DNA of 64,000 nucleotides from contig CAXXLF010000002.1 in the NCBI GenBank assembly GCA_963664015.2, forward strand, positions 1,248,001 to 1,312,000, read 5' to 3'. A model generated the notes under the pieces. That model made no database searches. It was not told the DNA's origin and saw nothing but the letters and a program-made list of their open reading frames with translations. This document shows, piece after piece, positions 27,595 through 37,067 of this stretch (its first letter is position 1; every line of letters starts with the position of its first letter). The stretch comes from Candidatus Binatia bacterium. GTDB taxonomy: Bacteria > Desulfobacterota > Binatia > UBA9968 > CAXXLF01. The position numbers and the translations under genes are program-made.

Positions 27595-29726
27595 TGGACC
27601 CCACATCAACAACTCTCAAACAAAGAATCCTTTCCTTATTTTTCTCGAAGCCACGCCACCGTTTGAATCTTAAAGAGATTCACAAAGCGTTAGAATCTGA
27701 GGGTCAAAGAAACACAGGGGTCCTTTTGGCTATCAAAGAGTTGACCAAAGAAGGCACCCTCGTAAGGCTCAAGAAAGACCATTATGCCCTTCCGCGAGGC
27801 CAAAACATCGTGGTCGGTAAGGTCCAGGGACATCCCGACGGTTTTGGTTTCCTGATCCCGGAAGAAAGCGGGGTAGAGGACGTTTACTTGAACCGCCGCG
27901 AGATGCGGCGCGTTATGCACGGTGACCGTATTGTAGTCCGCATTCAAAAAAAGAAGCGAGGTGCCCATGAGGCGCATATAGTCCAGATCCTGGAGTGCGG
28001 CCAAAGTCGGCTCATTGGGACCTACCAATCCCTTTACGGGAGGAAAGCCATCGTCCCCATGGAACCACGGATGGGTCTGCCCCTTCAACTCAAGGGAGAA
28101 ATACCCGCACTGGGGGAAGGCGATGTAATCGCGGCGGAGATTGTGCGCTACGGCACGTCGCTTTCTCGTCCCGAGGCAACACTTATCGAGGTTCTGGGCG
28201 ACCCGGACCATCCTGAGGTACAAGCCAAGGCCGTTATTTTTCGCTATGGTCTGCCAACGGTCTTTTCACCCGAATCACAACGGCAGGTCAACTCTTGCCC
28301 ATCAGCCATTGGTCCCGCCGGGCTTGCATCCCGGATGGATCTTCGGTGGCTGCCTACGGTTACCATTGATGGAGAGCAAGCCCGCGATTTTGACGATTCG
28401 GTCAGTGTCCAAAGGAAAAAAGATCACTATCTTCTCTACATTTCCATTGCCGACGTGGCTCATTACGTAGCGCCGGGAACTCCCCTGGACCAAGAGGCTT
28501 ACGAGAGGGGGACCAGCGTCTACTTCCCCGACCGGGCCATCCCCATGCTTCCGGAAGTACTTTCCAATGGGATCTGCAGTCTCAATCCGGATGTGGACCG
28601 TCTAACAAAAACGGCCCTCCTCGAATTCAACTCGAAGGGTGAGGTCGTAAACGCCGAATTCTTCTCGTCCATCATTCATAGCCGCAAACGCTTGACCTAT
28701 ACCCAGGTCGCCCGCATTCTAGTCGAAAAAGATCCCCAAGAGAGCGAAAGCTGCAAGGATCTACTCGACCAGCTGCACCTCATGGAGGAACTGGCCTCCA
28801 TCCTGCTTGAAACCCGCAGGGAGAGAGGGAACTTAGACTTTGACCTACCAGAGGCGGAGATCGTCCTGGACCTCCAGGGTACGCCGGAAAATATCATCCG
28901 CTCGGAACGCAATATCGCCCATCGGATCATCGAGGAGTTCATGATTGCGGCCAATGAGGCCGTAGCCCGCCACCTGACGCAGCGGGGGATTCCTATTCTG
29001 TATCGCATTCATGAAGAGCCCAAGCGGGACACCCTGGAGGCTGTGGCCCCGTTTCTCCTAACCCTGGAATACCATTTACCGCTTGGACGGGGGGAAACGT
29101 CGCCCAAAGATATTCAGAAGATCCTGGAATCATGCCAGGGCAAACCGGAGGGAAGGGTGCTGAATCGGATCCTATTGCGATCCATGAAGAAGGCCTGTTA
29201 CGCCCCGAAAAACTCGGGTCACTTTGGTCTGGCCTCGACTTGCTACACCCATTTTACTTCTCCCATCCGGCGTTACCCAGACCTCCTCGTGCACCGGGCG
29301 CTCGAGCAAGCCATAGCCGGGACGATATTGAAGCCCAAAGAGAAAGACGATCTCACACACGAACTGGTGGAGACCGGGAGGCATACCTCCGAGCGTGAAC
29401 GCATCGCCACGAATGCCGAACGGGAAATGGTGGACTTGAAGAAGGCTCAGTTCATGATGGATAAGATCGATCAAGAATTTGCCGGGTGGATCGTCGATCT
29501 GGTTCCTTTTGGTTTTTTCGTAGAGCTGGATACCTTTTTCGTCGAAGGCCTGGTCCCCATGAAGTCACTTTTGGATGACTCCTATAACTATTATGAAAAG
29601 GAACACATCATTAAAGGTCGAAGGCACGGCCGGACATTCAGGATCGGCGACGTGGTTCAGATACGGCTCAAGCGCATCCATGCATTTCGCGGCGAGCTGG
29701 AATACGAGCTGCTCCGGAACAAATAA
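27594..29726 (+). CDS. rnr: Ribonuclease R
   Basis: GHPDGFGF cold-shock domain, TIDGEQARDFDD, HFTSPIRRYPD, C-terminal S1. Confidence 0.95.
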   Translation: MDPTSTTLKQRILSLFFSKPRHRLNLKEIHKALESEGQRNTGVLLAIKELTKEGTLVRLKKDHYALPRGQNIVVGKVQGHPDGFGFLIPEESGVEDVYLNRREMRRVMHGDRIVVRIQKKKRGAHEAHIVQILECGQSRLIGTYQSLYGRKAIVPMEPRMGLPLQLKGEIPALGEGDVIAAEIVRYGTSLSRPEATLIEVLGDPDHPEVQAKAVIFRYGLPTVFSPESQRQVNSCPSAIGPAGLASRMDLRWLPTVTIDGEQARDFDDSVSVQRKKDHYLLYISIADVAHYVAPGTPLDQEAYERGTSVYFPDRAIPMLPEVLSNGICSLNPDVDRLTKTALLEFNSKGEVVNAEFFSSIIHSRKRLTYTQVARILVEKDPQESESCKDLLDQLHLMEELASILLETRRERGNLDFDLPEAEIVLDLQGTPENIIRSERNIAHRIIEEFMIAANEAVARHLTQRGIPILYRIHEEPKRDTLEAVAPFLLTLEYHLPLGRGETSPKDIQKILESCQGKPEGRVLNRILLRSMKKACYAPKNSGHFGLASTCYTHFTSPIRRYPDLLVHRALEQAIAGTILKPKEKDDLTHELVETGRHTSERERIATNAEREMVDLKKAQFMMDKIDQEFAGWIVDLVPFGFFVELDTFFVEGLVPMKSLLDDSYNYYEKEHIIKGRRHGRTFRIGDVVQIRLKRIHAFRGELEYELLRNK

Positions 29727-29924
29727 ACTTCCACCCTGCACAGTAAAATTCCACTTGACTAGGGGTGGGTCGCCGCAACTATTTCACAATCTTACTCTTG
29801 CGAATCCGGCTTATCGGTTCACAGATGCCAGCGTACCGTCAGAAACGACCAGAGAAACACGGAAGCTCAAGGCAGGTTCCGAGTTGAAATGGAACAAGTT
29901 GAATACGAAGAATCGATCTAAGGA

Positions 29925-30404
29925 CTAGATCGGCTCTTGACGGACGGCCTGGAAGACCTTTTTCGACACTTCAAGGGATTCTGTCTTCTCAGGACGAGTA
30001 AAAGTCATCCCACTGGTAATGGGAAAACCCGGTTCTTGATCCTCAAGGAGTTGATCCACTTCAACTCGGAAAAGGGACATGAAGGGAACTCCCTCGATGG
30101 ATTCTTTGAGTTCCCGCGCGTTCCCCTTGACGTAATAATTAACTCCAGCGTCGGTTACCAGGAAGGTTATCTTCCCTCCTCGCCTCAGATTCTTACCCGT
30201 GGTACTGGTTTTTCCCACAGCTACGTCCACCCTCTTCTCATCCTTGGCGACGATCTCGTAATAAGACAATACAGCCGGATGAGACCATTCTTGCTCATCC
30301 ACCGTGACGACAACAATGGCCTTACCCTCCTTTGAGCCTATATCTTTACCGCTGAGTCGACCTAATAAGTCTTCGTTGATCACCTTACCCAAAAGTTTCG
30401 ACAT
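29925..30404 (-). CDS. PNPOx-like FMN-binding split-barrel protein
   Basis: VVTVDEQEWSHPAVLS, STTGKNLRRGGKITF. Confidence 0.8.
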   Translation of the reverse strand: MSKLLGKVINEDLLGRLSGKDIGSKEGKAIVVVTVDEQEWSHPAVLSYYEIVAKDEKRVDVAVGKTSTTGKNLRRGGKITFLVTDAGVNYYVKGNARELKESIEGVPFMSLFRVEVDQLLEDQEPGFPITSGMTFTRPEKTESLEVSKKVFQAVRQEPI

Positions 30405-30413
30405 CTTTCCTCC

Positions 30414-30884
30414 CTAACTAAGTTCCAGTTCCTGCCTTTTACCAAATCCCTGTTCGTTGTCGATGTAGCAGACGCGCTGAGGCTGGACGCGGTAGAACTT
30501 CACCTTGAGAAACGCTTTATAGAGCACCCCACCTGCCGGATCGGTGAAGATTTTAATAATGCTAGGGTATTTCCGCGTGTAGGCCGCCATCGCTTTGGCC
30601 TTTTCCCTTATGGAATCCACCGTCGCCACCTCCCCTTCCAGCTGAATACCCTTAATCTTGGCCCAATCTGCATAGTCCTCCTGGATCGTTACTGCCACCT
30701 TGGAATTGGCCATCAGATTCTGACAATGGCGTGTCTTGGGATCGGAAAAAAAATAGAGATCTAACCCATTGCTTGCGTAAAACACCGTGGCCGCCCACGG
30801 CCCCCCATCACCGCAAGTCGCCAGCGTCATGGTATTGTGGCTTTCCATGTAATTTAGGATTTGCTGTTTTAACTCTTGAGCCAT
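30414..30884 (-). CDS. PNPOx-like protein (YhbP-like)
   Basis: MTLAT..PWAATVFY, TRHCQNL, IKGIQLEG. Confidence 0.85.
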   Translation of the reverse strand: MAQELKQQILNYMESHNTMTLATCGDGGPWAATVFYASNGLDLYFFSDPKTRHCQNLMANSKVAVTIQEDYADWAKIKGIQLEGEVATVDSIREKAKAMAAYTRKYPSIIKIFTDPAGGVLYKAFLKVKFYRVQPQRVCYIDNEQGFGKRQELELS

Positions 30885-30957
30885 AAATAAGTCTCTAGGC
30901 CCTTACTTATCAGACCCTCAACCGGACGACTTTATCAATTTTTATCATACCAAGATA

Positions 30958-31209
30958 CCCTCAAGTTAAAATCCAAGATCCGAAGCACGAAACCTTAAAC
31001 AATTCCAAAATCTCAAATCATTAATGCTCAAACCATTTGAGAACGCCCTAGCCCCTCTCGAAAAGACGAAAATCCGAGCCCTTAGGACAATCCGGCAGAT
31101 GCTTTTGTTTTACATTTTGGTTACTCGAAATTGTTTCGATCTTCGGATTTCGAGTTTCGAATTTGTAGTCTATCTATACTTGGCGTCCTCTGCGTCTCTG
31201 CGGTGAAAT
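30958..31209 (+). repeat. Dispersed ~250-bp heptamer-rich hairpin repeat, copy A
   Basis: Aligns end to end with the reverse complement of 57764-58004 (shared blocks ATCCGAAGCACG, GCCCTTAGGACAATC, TTTCGAGTTTCGAATTTGTA, TATACTTGGCG). Confidence 0.85.
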
Positions 31210-31257
31210 GTCCGAATCCCAATCTGCAATAATCTGCGGTTAATAGCTTTAGACACT

Positions 31258-32334
31258 TTAATTGACCTTTTGCCAGCCCAAGGCCGACCTGCGTATGAGC
31301 GGGGCCTGACGCAAGGCCTCTACATTTCGAGCTCCAACGCAAAGCATGGCAATTTTGATCTCATGAATAATAGGTTCTAAAAAATTAATGACCTTTTCCG
31401 CTGACTCAAGGGCGGGACCCAGAAGCGGTTGGCCCAGGCCGGAAATGGTGGCACCCAAGGCTATCGCCTTAGCTACATCGAGGCCGTCGCGAATACCTCC
31501 AGACGCGATCAACTCCATTCCGGGGAGGGCCTCGGCCACCATGACAAGAGACTCGGCGGTGGGGATTCCCCAACCGGCAAAGGTGTCATCAGGCTTCTGG
31601 CCCTTTTGTGCGGCGCGTTTGGCCTCCACTGCATACCAGGATGTCCCCCCAGCCCCGGCAACGTCGATGGCCCTGGCCCCCGCTTTTTTGAGCCGCACCG
31701 CAACATCAGCCGAAATCCCGTTACCCACTTCCTTGACCACCACCGGGAAATCCAATCCGGCGCAAACATCTGCAATTTTCTCTGTGAGCCCCTTGAAATT
31801 ACGATTTCCCTCGGGCTGCACGGCTTCTTGCAAGACATTGAGATGGAGCACCAAACCATTGGCCTGGATCATCTCCACCGCCTTTCGGCACTGGTCGATG
31901 CCGTACCCATAGTTCAGCTGTACAGCACCCAGGTTGGCCAGGAGTAGAACATTCGGAGCTACATCTCTGACTTGAAAAGACCTGGCCGCCTGTGGCTCTT
32001 CGATGGCAACCCGCTGTGAACCGAGTCCGATGGCCAGGCCCAAATGTTCGGCGGCCTGGGCCAGGTTCCGATTCACCTTCTCCGCTAATTCGAACCCCCC
32101 CGTCATAGAAGAGATCAAGAGAGGGGCCATAAGGGTCCGGCCTAGAAAGGTCGTACTGAGATCGATATCGTCAATATTTAGCTCAGGTAGTGCATTGTGA
32201 ACAAACGTATAATCGTTAAAGCTCGATGACCGGGGTGACTTGGCGATCTCTTCATCAAGGCAAAGCTCAAGGTGCTCTTTTTTGCGTTTCTGAGTCGGTG
32301 ACAGAGACTTCTTCCCGATCTTATAAGATGCCAT
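31258..32334 (-). CDS. fni: Type 2 (FMN-dependent) isopentenyl-diphosphate isomerase
   Basis: RKKEHL, SSMTGG, GSQR, NLGAVQL, HLNVLQE, KEVGNG, GAGGTSW. Confidence 0.95.
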   Translation of the reverse strand: MASYKIGKKSLSPTQKRKKEHLELCLDEEIAKSPRSSSFNDYTFVHNALPELNIDDIDLSTTFLGRTLMAPLLISSMTGGFELAEKVNRNLAQAAEHLGLAIGLGSQRVAIEEPQAARSFQVRDVAPNVLLLANLGAVQLNYGYGIDQCRKAVEMIQANGLVLHLNVLQEAVQPEGNRNFKGLTEKIADVCAGLDFPVVVKEVGNGISADVAVRLKKAGARAIDVAGAGGTSWYAVEAKRAAQKGQKPDDTFAGWGIPTAESLVMVAEALPGMELIASGGIRDGLDVAKAIALGATISGLGQPLLGPALESAEKVINFLEPIIHEIKIAMLCVGARNVEALRQAPLIRRSALGWQKVN

Positions 32335-32349
32335 GGCAGAGGAGCACGT

Positions 32350-32982
32350 TCAACGACGCTTTTTTGTGGCTTTGCTCGGACGCTGTGCGCTGGCACCTTT
32401 CCCAGGATGACGTCCCAGAGACTCGTCGCTCCAGCGCTCGAAAAGGTCGAGATCAAAACCAAACTGGTCAAGAATTCGAGCTACGGTCTGATTGATGATA
32501 TCGTCCAGGGTTTGGGGGCGATGATAAAAAGCCGGCACCGGCGGGAAAATGACCGCGCCCATTCGCGTCAACGAAGTCATGCTCTCCAAATGACCCAGAT
32601 GGAGAGGCGTTTCCCTGGCGACCAGGACGAGTTTTTTTCTCTCCTTTAGGATCACATCAGCCGCGCGTACCAGAAGGTCCCCCCCCACAGAAAGGGCGAT
32701 TCCACCCATGGATTTCATTGAGCAGGGAGCAATCACCATACCCTCTGTGCGAAAAGAGCCACTGGATATGCTAGCTCCCACGTTATTTATATCGTGAACC
32801 ACGTTCGCCATTGATTCCACTTCTTTTAGAGAATAGGGAGTCTCCACTTGAATGGTCATTTTTGCCGCGCGGGTGAGAACTAAATGGGTTTCCACATCCT
32901 GGAGCCGGGAAAGGGCATCCAGAATGCGGATGCCGTAGATGGCCCCTGTAGCACCTGATAAACCTACGATGAGACGACGCAC
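32350..32982 (-). CDS. ubiX: Flavin prenyltransferase
   Basis: SGATGAIYG, ISSGS, APCSMKS, RAADVILKE, RETPL, PAFYHRP. Confidence 0.95.
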   Translation of the reverse strand: MRRLIVGLSGATGAIYGIRILDALSRLQDVETHLVLTRAAKMTIQVETPYSLKEVESMANVVHDINNVGASISSGSFRTEGMVIAPCSMKSMGGIALSVGGDLLVRAADVILKERKKLVLVARETPLHLGHLESMTSLTRMGAVIFPPVPAFYHRPQTLDDIINQTVARILDQFGFDLDLFERWSDESLGRHPGKGASAQRPSKATKKRR

Positions 32983-32993
32983 AGCAAGCCTCC

Positions 32994-33425
32994 TTATTCC
33001 TTAGCTCCGATAATTTCCAAGGTCAGCGGATCTCCGTCATCGACCTGGAGCGATTGTTTAACATGAAACGGAGCAATGACTTCTAATTTATCCTCCGGAT
33101 AACCCTTGACTTCGGGGACCAGCACAGCGATAAGCCTCTTGTCCTCATGGAGCCCCACACCCCTTTCGATCCGGGCCAGGAAGGCACGTGCATGACAAAA
33201 GGTGGGTTGAGGAGAAGGGATATCGACTCCTCTCACTGACCGCTGCAAATCCTTCCATAGAGCGATTCCTTGCTTGGTTGTCAGACGCAGGTTCAGGGTC
33301 CCCGCATAAGGAGCGAACCCAATCCTTTCGGTGAGGAGCTGTTGGACCCACTCCAAGCCCATGAACGATGCCGCCTCGCCAAGATCCGAGAAGACAATGC
33401 CGGTAATTTTTTTATCTTCCGCCAT
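32994..33425 (-). CDS. ribK: Archaeal-type CTP-dependent riboflavin kinase (DUF120)
   Basis: ITGIVFSDLGEAASFM, GFAPYAGTLNL, LEVIAPFHVKQSLQVDDGD. Confidence 0.82.
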   Translation of the reverse strand: MAEDKKITGIVFSDLGEAASFMGLEWVQQLLTERIGFAPYAGTLNLRLTTKQGIALWKDLQRSVRGVDIPSPQPTFCHARAFLARIERGVGLHEDKRLIAVLVPEVKGYPEDKLEVIAPFHVKQSLQVDDGDPLTLEIIGAKE

Positions 33426-33589
33426 TTCGAATTAGTCGAAAGAAAATGTTCAACAGTTATTAGTCCCCCACCACCATCCAACTACTCCCGCTCAGCGTTC
33501 TTTGTTATCGATTGGGATTCATCCGTCGCCATTCACGATTTCCTCCCTGTATATACCATTGACGGTTAACGATTAACCATTGACCTATT

Positions 33590-34363
33590 TCAATGCCCCG
33601 ACAGGGATTTGGCCTTTCCTCCCCGACGCACCTTGATGACCTCAGCGAGGATGGCCAGAGCAATCTCTTCCGGGGTCTCGGCGTTGATATCCAGACCAAT
33701 GGGTGCGTAAACCCGCGCAATGACTTCCTCGGCCATTTTTTCTTCTTCCCGAAATCTATGAAAACAAGCCTTGACCCTTCTCTTACTTCCTATCATTCCG
33801 ACGTATTTGGCCGGGCTCTTAATAATCTCGCGTAAACAAGGCTCATCGTATTTGTGCCCTCGGGTAATCAAGATAATATAAGTCCAGGGAGTAATACTCA
33901 TAGCCACCAGGCCCTCCGCCATATCCCCCACCCTAACCTCATCAGCGTCTGGGAACCGATCCCGATTAGCGTATTGGATACGGTCATCGATAACGATGAC
34001 ATGGAAGTCCATCCGTTTAGCGAATTGGACCAGGGGAACCGCGATATGCCCCGCTCCTACGATAATCAGCCTCGGCGGGGCCAGCAGAACGTCGAAGTAA
34101 ACCTCAGCTTTTGCGGCTGTTGAGGGTAGGTCCAGAGAAACGAGCTTGGGCTTTTCCTCCCTCAGGCGCTTGTCCGCCTCTTTAAGAATAACGTCTATCA
34201 GTGCCTTATGGCTTATGCTTCCGGCCTGGACCTTGCCGTCACGAATAAGACACTTGGCGCCGGGTTTTACGGTACGGATCCCCTTGACCTCAACCACCGT
34301 TGCTAAAACGGCAGCGGCGCGATCTTCGGTGACCCGAATCAGCTCTTCAATCAGCGGACTCAT
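33590..34363 (-). CDS. XdhC/CoxF Moco chaperone, C-terminal part
   Basis: IVGAGHIA, IDDR, TRGHKYD, GMIGSKRR, APIGLDINAETPEEIALAI; own SD CAGGGGAG. Confidence 0.88.
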   Translation of the reverse strand: MSPLIEELIRVTEDRAAAVLATVVEVKGIRTVKPGAKCLIRDGKVQAGSISHKALIDVILKEADKRLREEKPKLVSLDLPSTAAKAEVYFDVLLAPPRLIIVGAGHIAVPLVQFAKRMDFHVIVIDDRIQYANRDRFPDADEVRVGDMAEGLVAMSITPWTYIILITRGHKYDEPCLREIIKSPAKYVGMIGSKRRVKACFHRFREEEKMAEEVIARVYAPIGLDINAETPEEIALAILAEVIKVRRGGKAKSLSGH

Positions 34364-34703
34364 TCTCCCCTGTCGGCTCTTCTTCCTCGCCCTTCCACCA
34401 CGGATCAATCAATACATTCATGATTCCACCGCAAACAGCTGGGCTATCCGAAGAGATATCGTCGAGGAGATCGACACGTACCATCTTTGGCTTGCGCGTC
34501 CGGATGACCTCTATCGCCTCACGCTTCACATCGGCCTCGCCACAGCCCCCCCCGATGGTCCCCAAGATCTCCCCCCAAGCCGTTACCGCCATCTTGGCGC
34601 CGACTTCCCTGGGCGTCGAACCCCGCGTGGAAACCACCGTAGCCACGGCAAGGGTCTCTCCCTTGTCGAGAAACCGCTTGATCTGTTCATAGATAGGATC
34701 CAT
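34347..34703 (-). CDS. XdhC/CoxI N-terminal domain protein
   Basis: ATVVSTRGSTPREVGAKM, GTIGGGCGE, CGG. Confidence 0.88.
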   Translation of the reverse strand: MDPIYEQIKRFLDKGETLAVATVVSTRGSTPREVGAKMAVTAWGEILGTIGGGCGEADVKREAIEVIRTRKPKMVRVDLLDDISSDSPAVCGGIMNVLIDPWWKGEEEEPTGENESAD

Positions 34704-34732
34704 GGTATCTTTCCTCTATAACCAGGTGGCAC

Positions 34733-35947
34733 TTAGGCGACTAATTTTTGCATGGTGGAGCCAAGTTTGACCAGACTCTGCACATTATGAACGGAAAGGA
34801 AATAATCCAGATACGGGAGCACAGCCTGCATTCCCTTGCACAAGGGTTGATAATCCTCGCTCGCCAACAGGGGATTGAGCCAAATGATGCTCTTGCATCG
34901 GCGTTTTAATTTTTTTATTTCATCTTCCAAAAGCGTCACGCTGCCTCGGTCCCACCCGTCGCTAATAATGACGACGACGGTCCGAGACGTCACCAGGCTC
35001 GGAGCAAAGTCCCGATTGAAGGTATCCAACGATCGACCGATATTAGTGCCGCCAGACCATCCCAGCACATCGTGGGATATCCGTTCCAGAGCGTTGGCAA
35101 TGTCCTTGGTGCGAATAAGATGGGTAATCCGGGTCAACGAAGTGCTGAAGACAAAGGTCTCCACCCCCCAGAGCTCATTTTGCAGGCCATACATGAACTG
35201 GATCAAGAAACGGCTGTAGCAATCCATCGACCCGCTAACGTCGCAGAGGAGGATCACTCGCGTTTTCTTGATTCTCCGCTTACGCTTGACGAGTTCGATG
35301 GGCTCTCCTCCATACTTGAGACTCTTCTTCATGGTCCAGCGAGGGTCGACTTCATTCCCCTTGGCAGCCCGTTTTTTCCGCCGGCTCACTTGTGTCGCAA
35401 TCTTCGAAGCAATGAGCATAATCGCCTTACGCACGGCCCGACTCTCTTCGATGCCCAACTCGCTGAAGTCTTTTTCGGTCAGCACCTCACGGGGGCTGTA
35501 CGTGGGGAGCAGGGTCGGCTCTCCGTCCTGCGCCTGATCATCCTCTTGACCAGAAACCTGTACAGTTTCTTCTTGGGGGAATTCGGCGTCTTCACCAAAC
35601 TGGACCGACGACAGTGAAGGGACTTCCAACTCTCCCTTCTCCTGCGCTTCCTCGCTGAGAGCAAGCCCCTGCCAGAAATCATCGAAGACGCGATGAAACA
35701 AGGGTATCTGGTCGCCCTCATTGAGCAGATTGGCACGCAACCCGGCGTGAAAATCCTCCCGCCTGGCAATGTCAACGAACTCGAGGGACCGACTGGCATC
35801 CATGACCTGGCTCAAGCTCACCGTGAAGCCCAGAGTCTTCAAGACCCGACCAAATGCAAGCAAGTTGGTCATGAGCCCTTTGCTCCGCAATGACGCGTAC
35901 TGCTCGATGGCCTGGCTGATTTCTTGATCCGACGGCTGTATCGACAT
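34733..35947 (-). CDS. CoxE-like VWA domain protein
   Basis: LCDVSGSM MIDAS, WSGGTNIG, ISDGWDRG, WLNPL. Confidence 0.92.
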   Translation of the reverse strand: MSIQPSDQEISQAIEQYASLRSKGLMTNLLAFGRVLKTLGFTVSLSQVMDASRSLEFVDIARREDFHAGLRANLLNEGDQIPLFHRVFDDFWQGLALSEEAQEKGELEVPSLSSVQFGEDAEFPQEETVQVSGQEDDQAQDGEPTLLPTYSPREVLTEKDFSELGIEESRAVRKAIMLIASKIATQVSRRKKRAAKGNEVDPRWTMKKSLKYGGEPIELVKRKRRIKKTRVILLCDVSGSMDCYSRFLIQFMYGLQNELWGVETFVFSTSLTRITHLIRTKDIANALERISHDVLGWSGGTNIGRSLDTFNRDFAPSLVTSRTVVVIISDGWDRGSVTLLEDEIKKLKRRCKSIIWLNPLLASEDYQPLCKGMQAVLPYLDYFLSVHNVQSLVKLGSTMQKLVA

Positions 35948-35948
35948 T

Positions 35949-36869
35949 TTAGCTCTGGGGCCCCATGGATTCTTTGAGGATGCCTTCTAAATCCAATTTT
36001 TTCCCGGCCACTTGCTCCTGTAAATGATGGAGGTCCTCTTTGTACTTAAAAACGCAACCCATGGTTTCTTCCAGGGCCTTTTCGTCCAGTTGTTCCCGAT
36101 GAAGGGCCATCAAGGCCGAGGCCCAATCCAGCGTCTCTGCTACTCCGGGGCGTTTATAGAAATTCATTTGCCGGACTTGCTGCATGAAAGAACAGATCTG
36201 CTTGGCCAGGACCTCTCCAATTCCCCCATGCTTGGCCATAACGATTTCAAATTCCTTGTCGAAGGTCGGGTATTCGATCCAGTGGTAAAGGCAGCGGCGT
36301 TTGAGCGCGTCGTGGATTTCCCGGGTTCGGTTGGATGTGAGAAACACATAGGGACGCTGTTTGGCACGAATGGTCCCGATCTCGGGGATGGTAATTTGGA
36401 AGTCGGAAAGCACCTCCAACAAAAAGGCCTCAAATTCCATATCCGCACGATCGATCTCATCGATGAGAAGAACCGGGGGCGTTTCATCCTCACTTTGAAT
36501 GGCCTCCAGGAGTGGACGCTGGATAAGATAGTCCTGGGTAAAGATCTCTGTGGCCACATGGGTCCGGTCACCTTTCCCGATCTCTTCCAGCTTGATCCTA
36601 AGCATCTGCTTGGGATAGTTCCACTCGTAAAGGGCCGTATTGGCATCCAAGCCCTCGTAACACTGCAAACGAATCAATTTTGCCCCCATCACTTCAGAAA
36701 GGACCTTCGCGATCTCGGTCTTGCCGACACCGGCCTCTCCCTCCAAGAGCACGGGCTTGCTCAAGTTGACGGCGAGAAAGACTACAGTAGCTAGACTTCG
36801 GTCGCAGATATATCTCTGCTTTCCCAAGGCCTCCTGGATCTTATCTATGCTCAGCTTATTTGGGTTCAT
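35949..36869 (-). CDS. MoxR family AAA+ ATPase (CoxD-like)
   Basis: GEAGVGKT, RLQCYEG, YEWNY, LLIDEIDRAD, DALKRRC. Confidence 0.93.
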   Translation of the reverse strand: MNPNKLSIDKIQEALGKQRYICDRSLATVVFLAVNLSKPVLLEGEAGVGKTEIAKVLSEVMGAKLIRLQCYEGLDANTALYEWNYPKQMLRIKLEEIGKGDRTHVATEIFTQDYLIQRPLLEAIQSEDETPPVLLIDEIDRADMEFEAFLLEVLSDFQITIPEIGTIRAKQRPYVFLTSNRTREIHDALKRRCLYHWIEYPTFDKEFEIVMAKHGGIGEVLAKQICSFMQQVRQMNFYKRPGVAETLDWASALMALHREQLDEKALEETMGCVFKYKEDLHHLQEQVAGKKLDLEGILKESMGPQS

Positions 36870-37067
36870 AGTGACCTCTCCTTAGGATTGAAAGCGACAA
36901 CCATACTCCGTTTCCCACGGTGGATCAACGTCTCGGTCCCGGACCGGATACGGCCCGGGCCAAGGTTAAAAACAGTCTACTTTAGCCCCTTTGCCTTAAG
37001 CAAGCCCAAGTCACCGGTCATAGGTGACGTGGGAGTTCCTATCCTTTTTTCTCTATACGTCCGACGT

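Noticed and set aside
30958-31209. CRISPR array, or coding ORFs 31024-31206 and 31121-31342
   Set aside because: No identical repeats with unique spacers; the short ORFs are translations of the repeat
33590-34703. Selenium-dependent molybdenum hydroxylase system linked to selD
   Set aside because: No YqeB/YqeC-type genes recognised, and the sel genes are about 24 kb away
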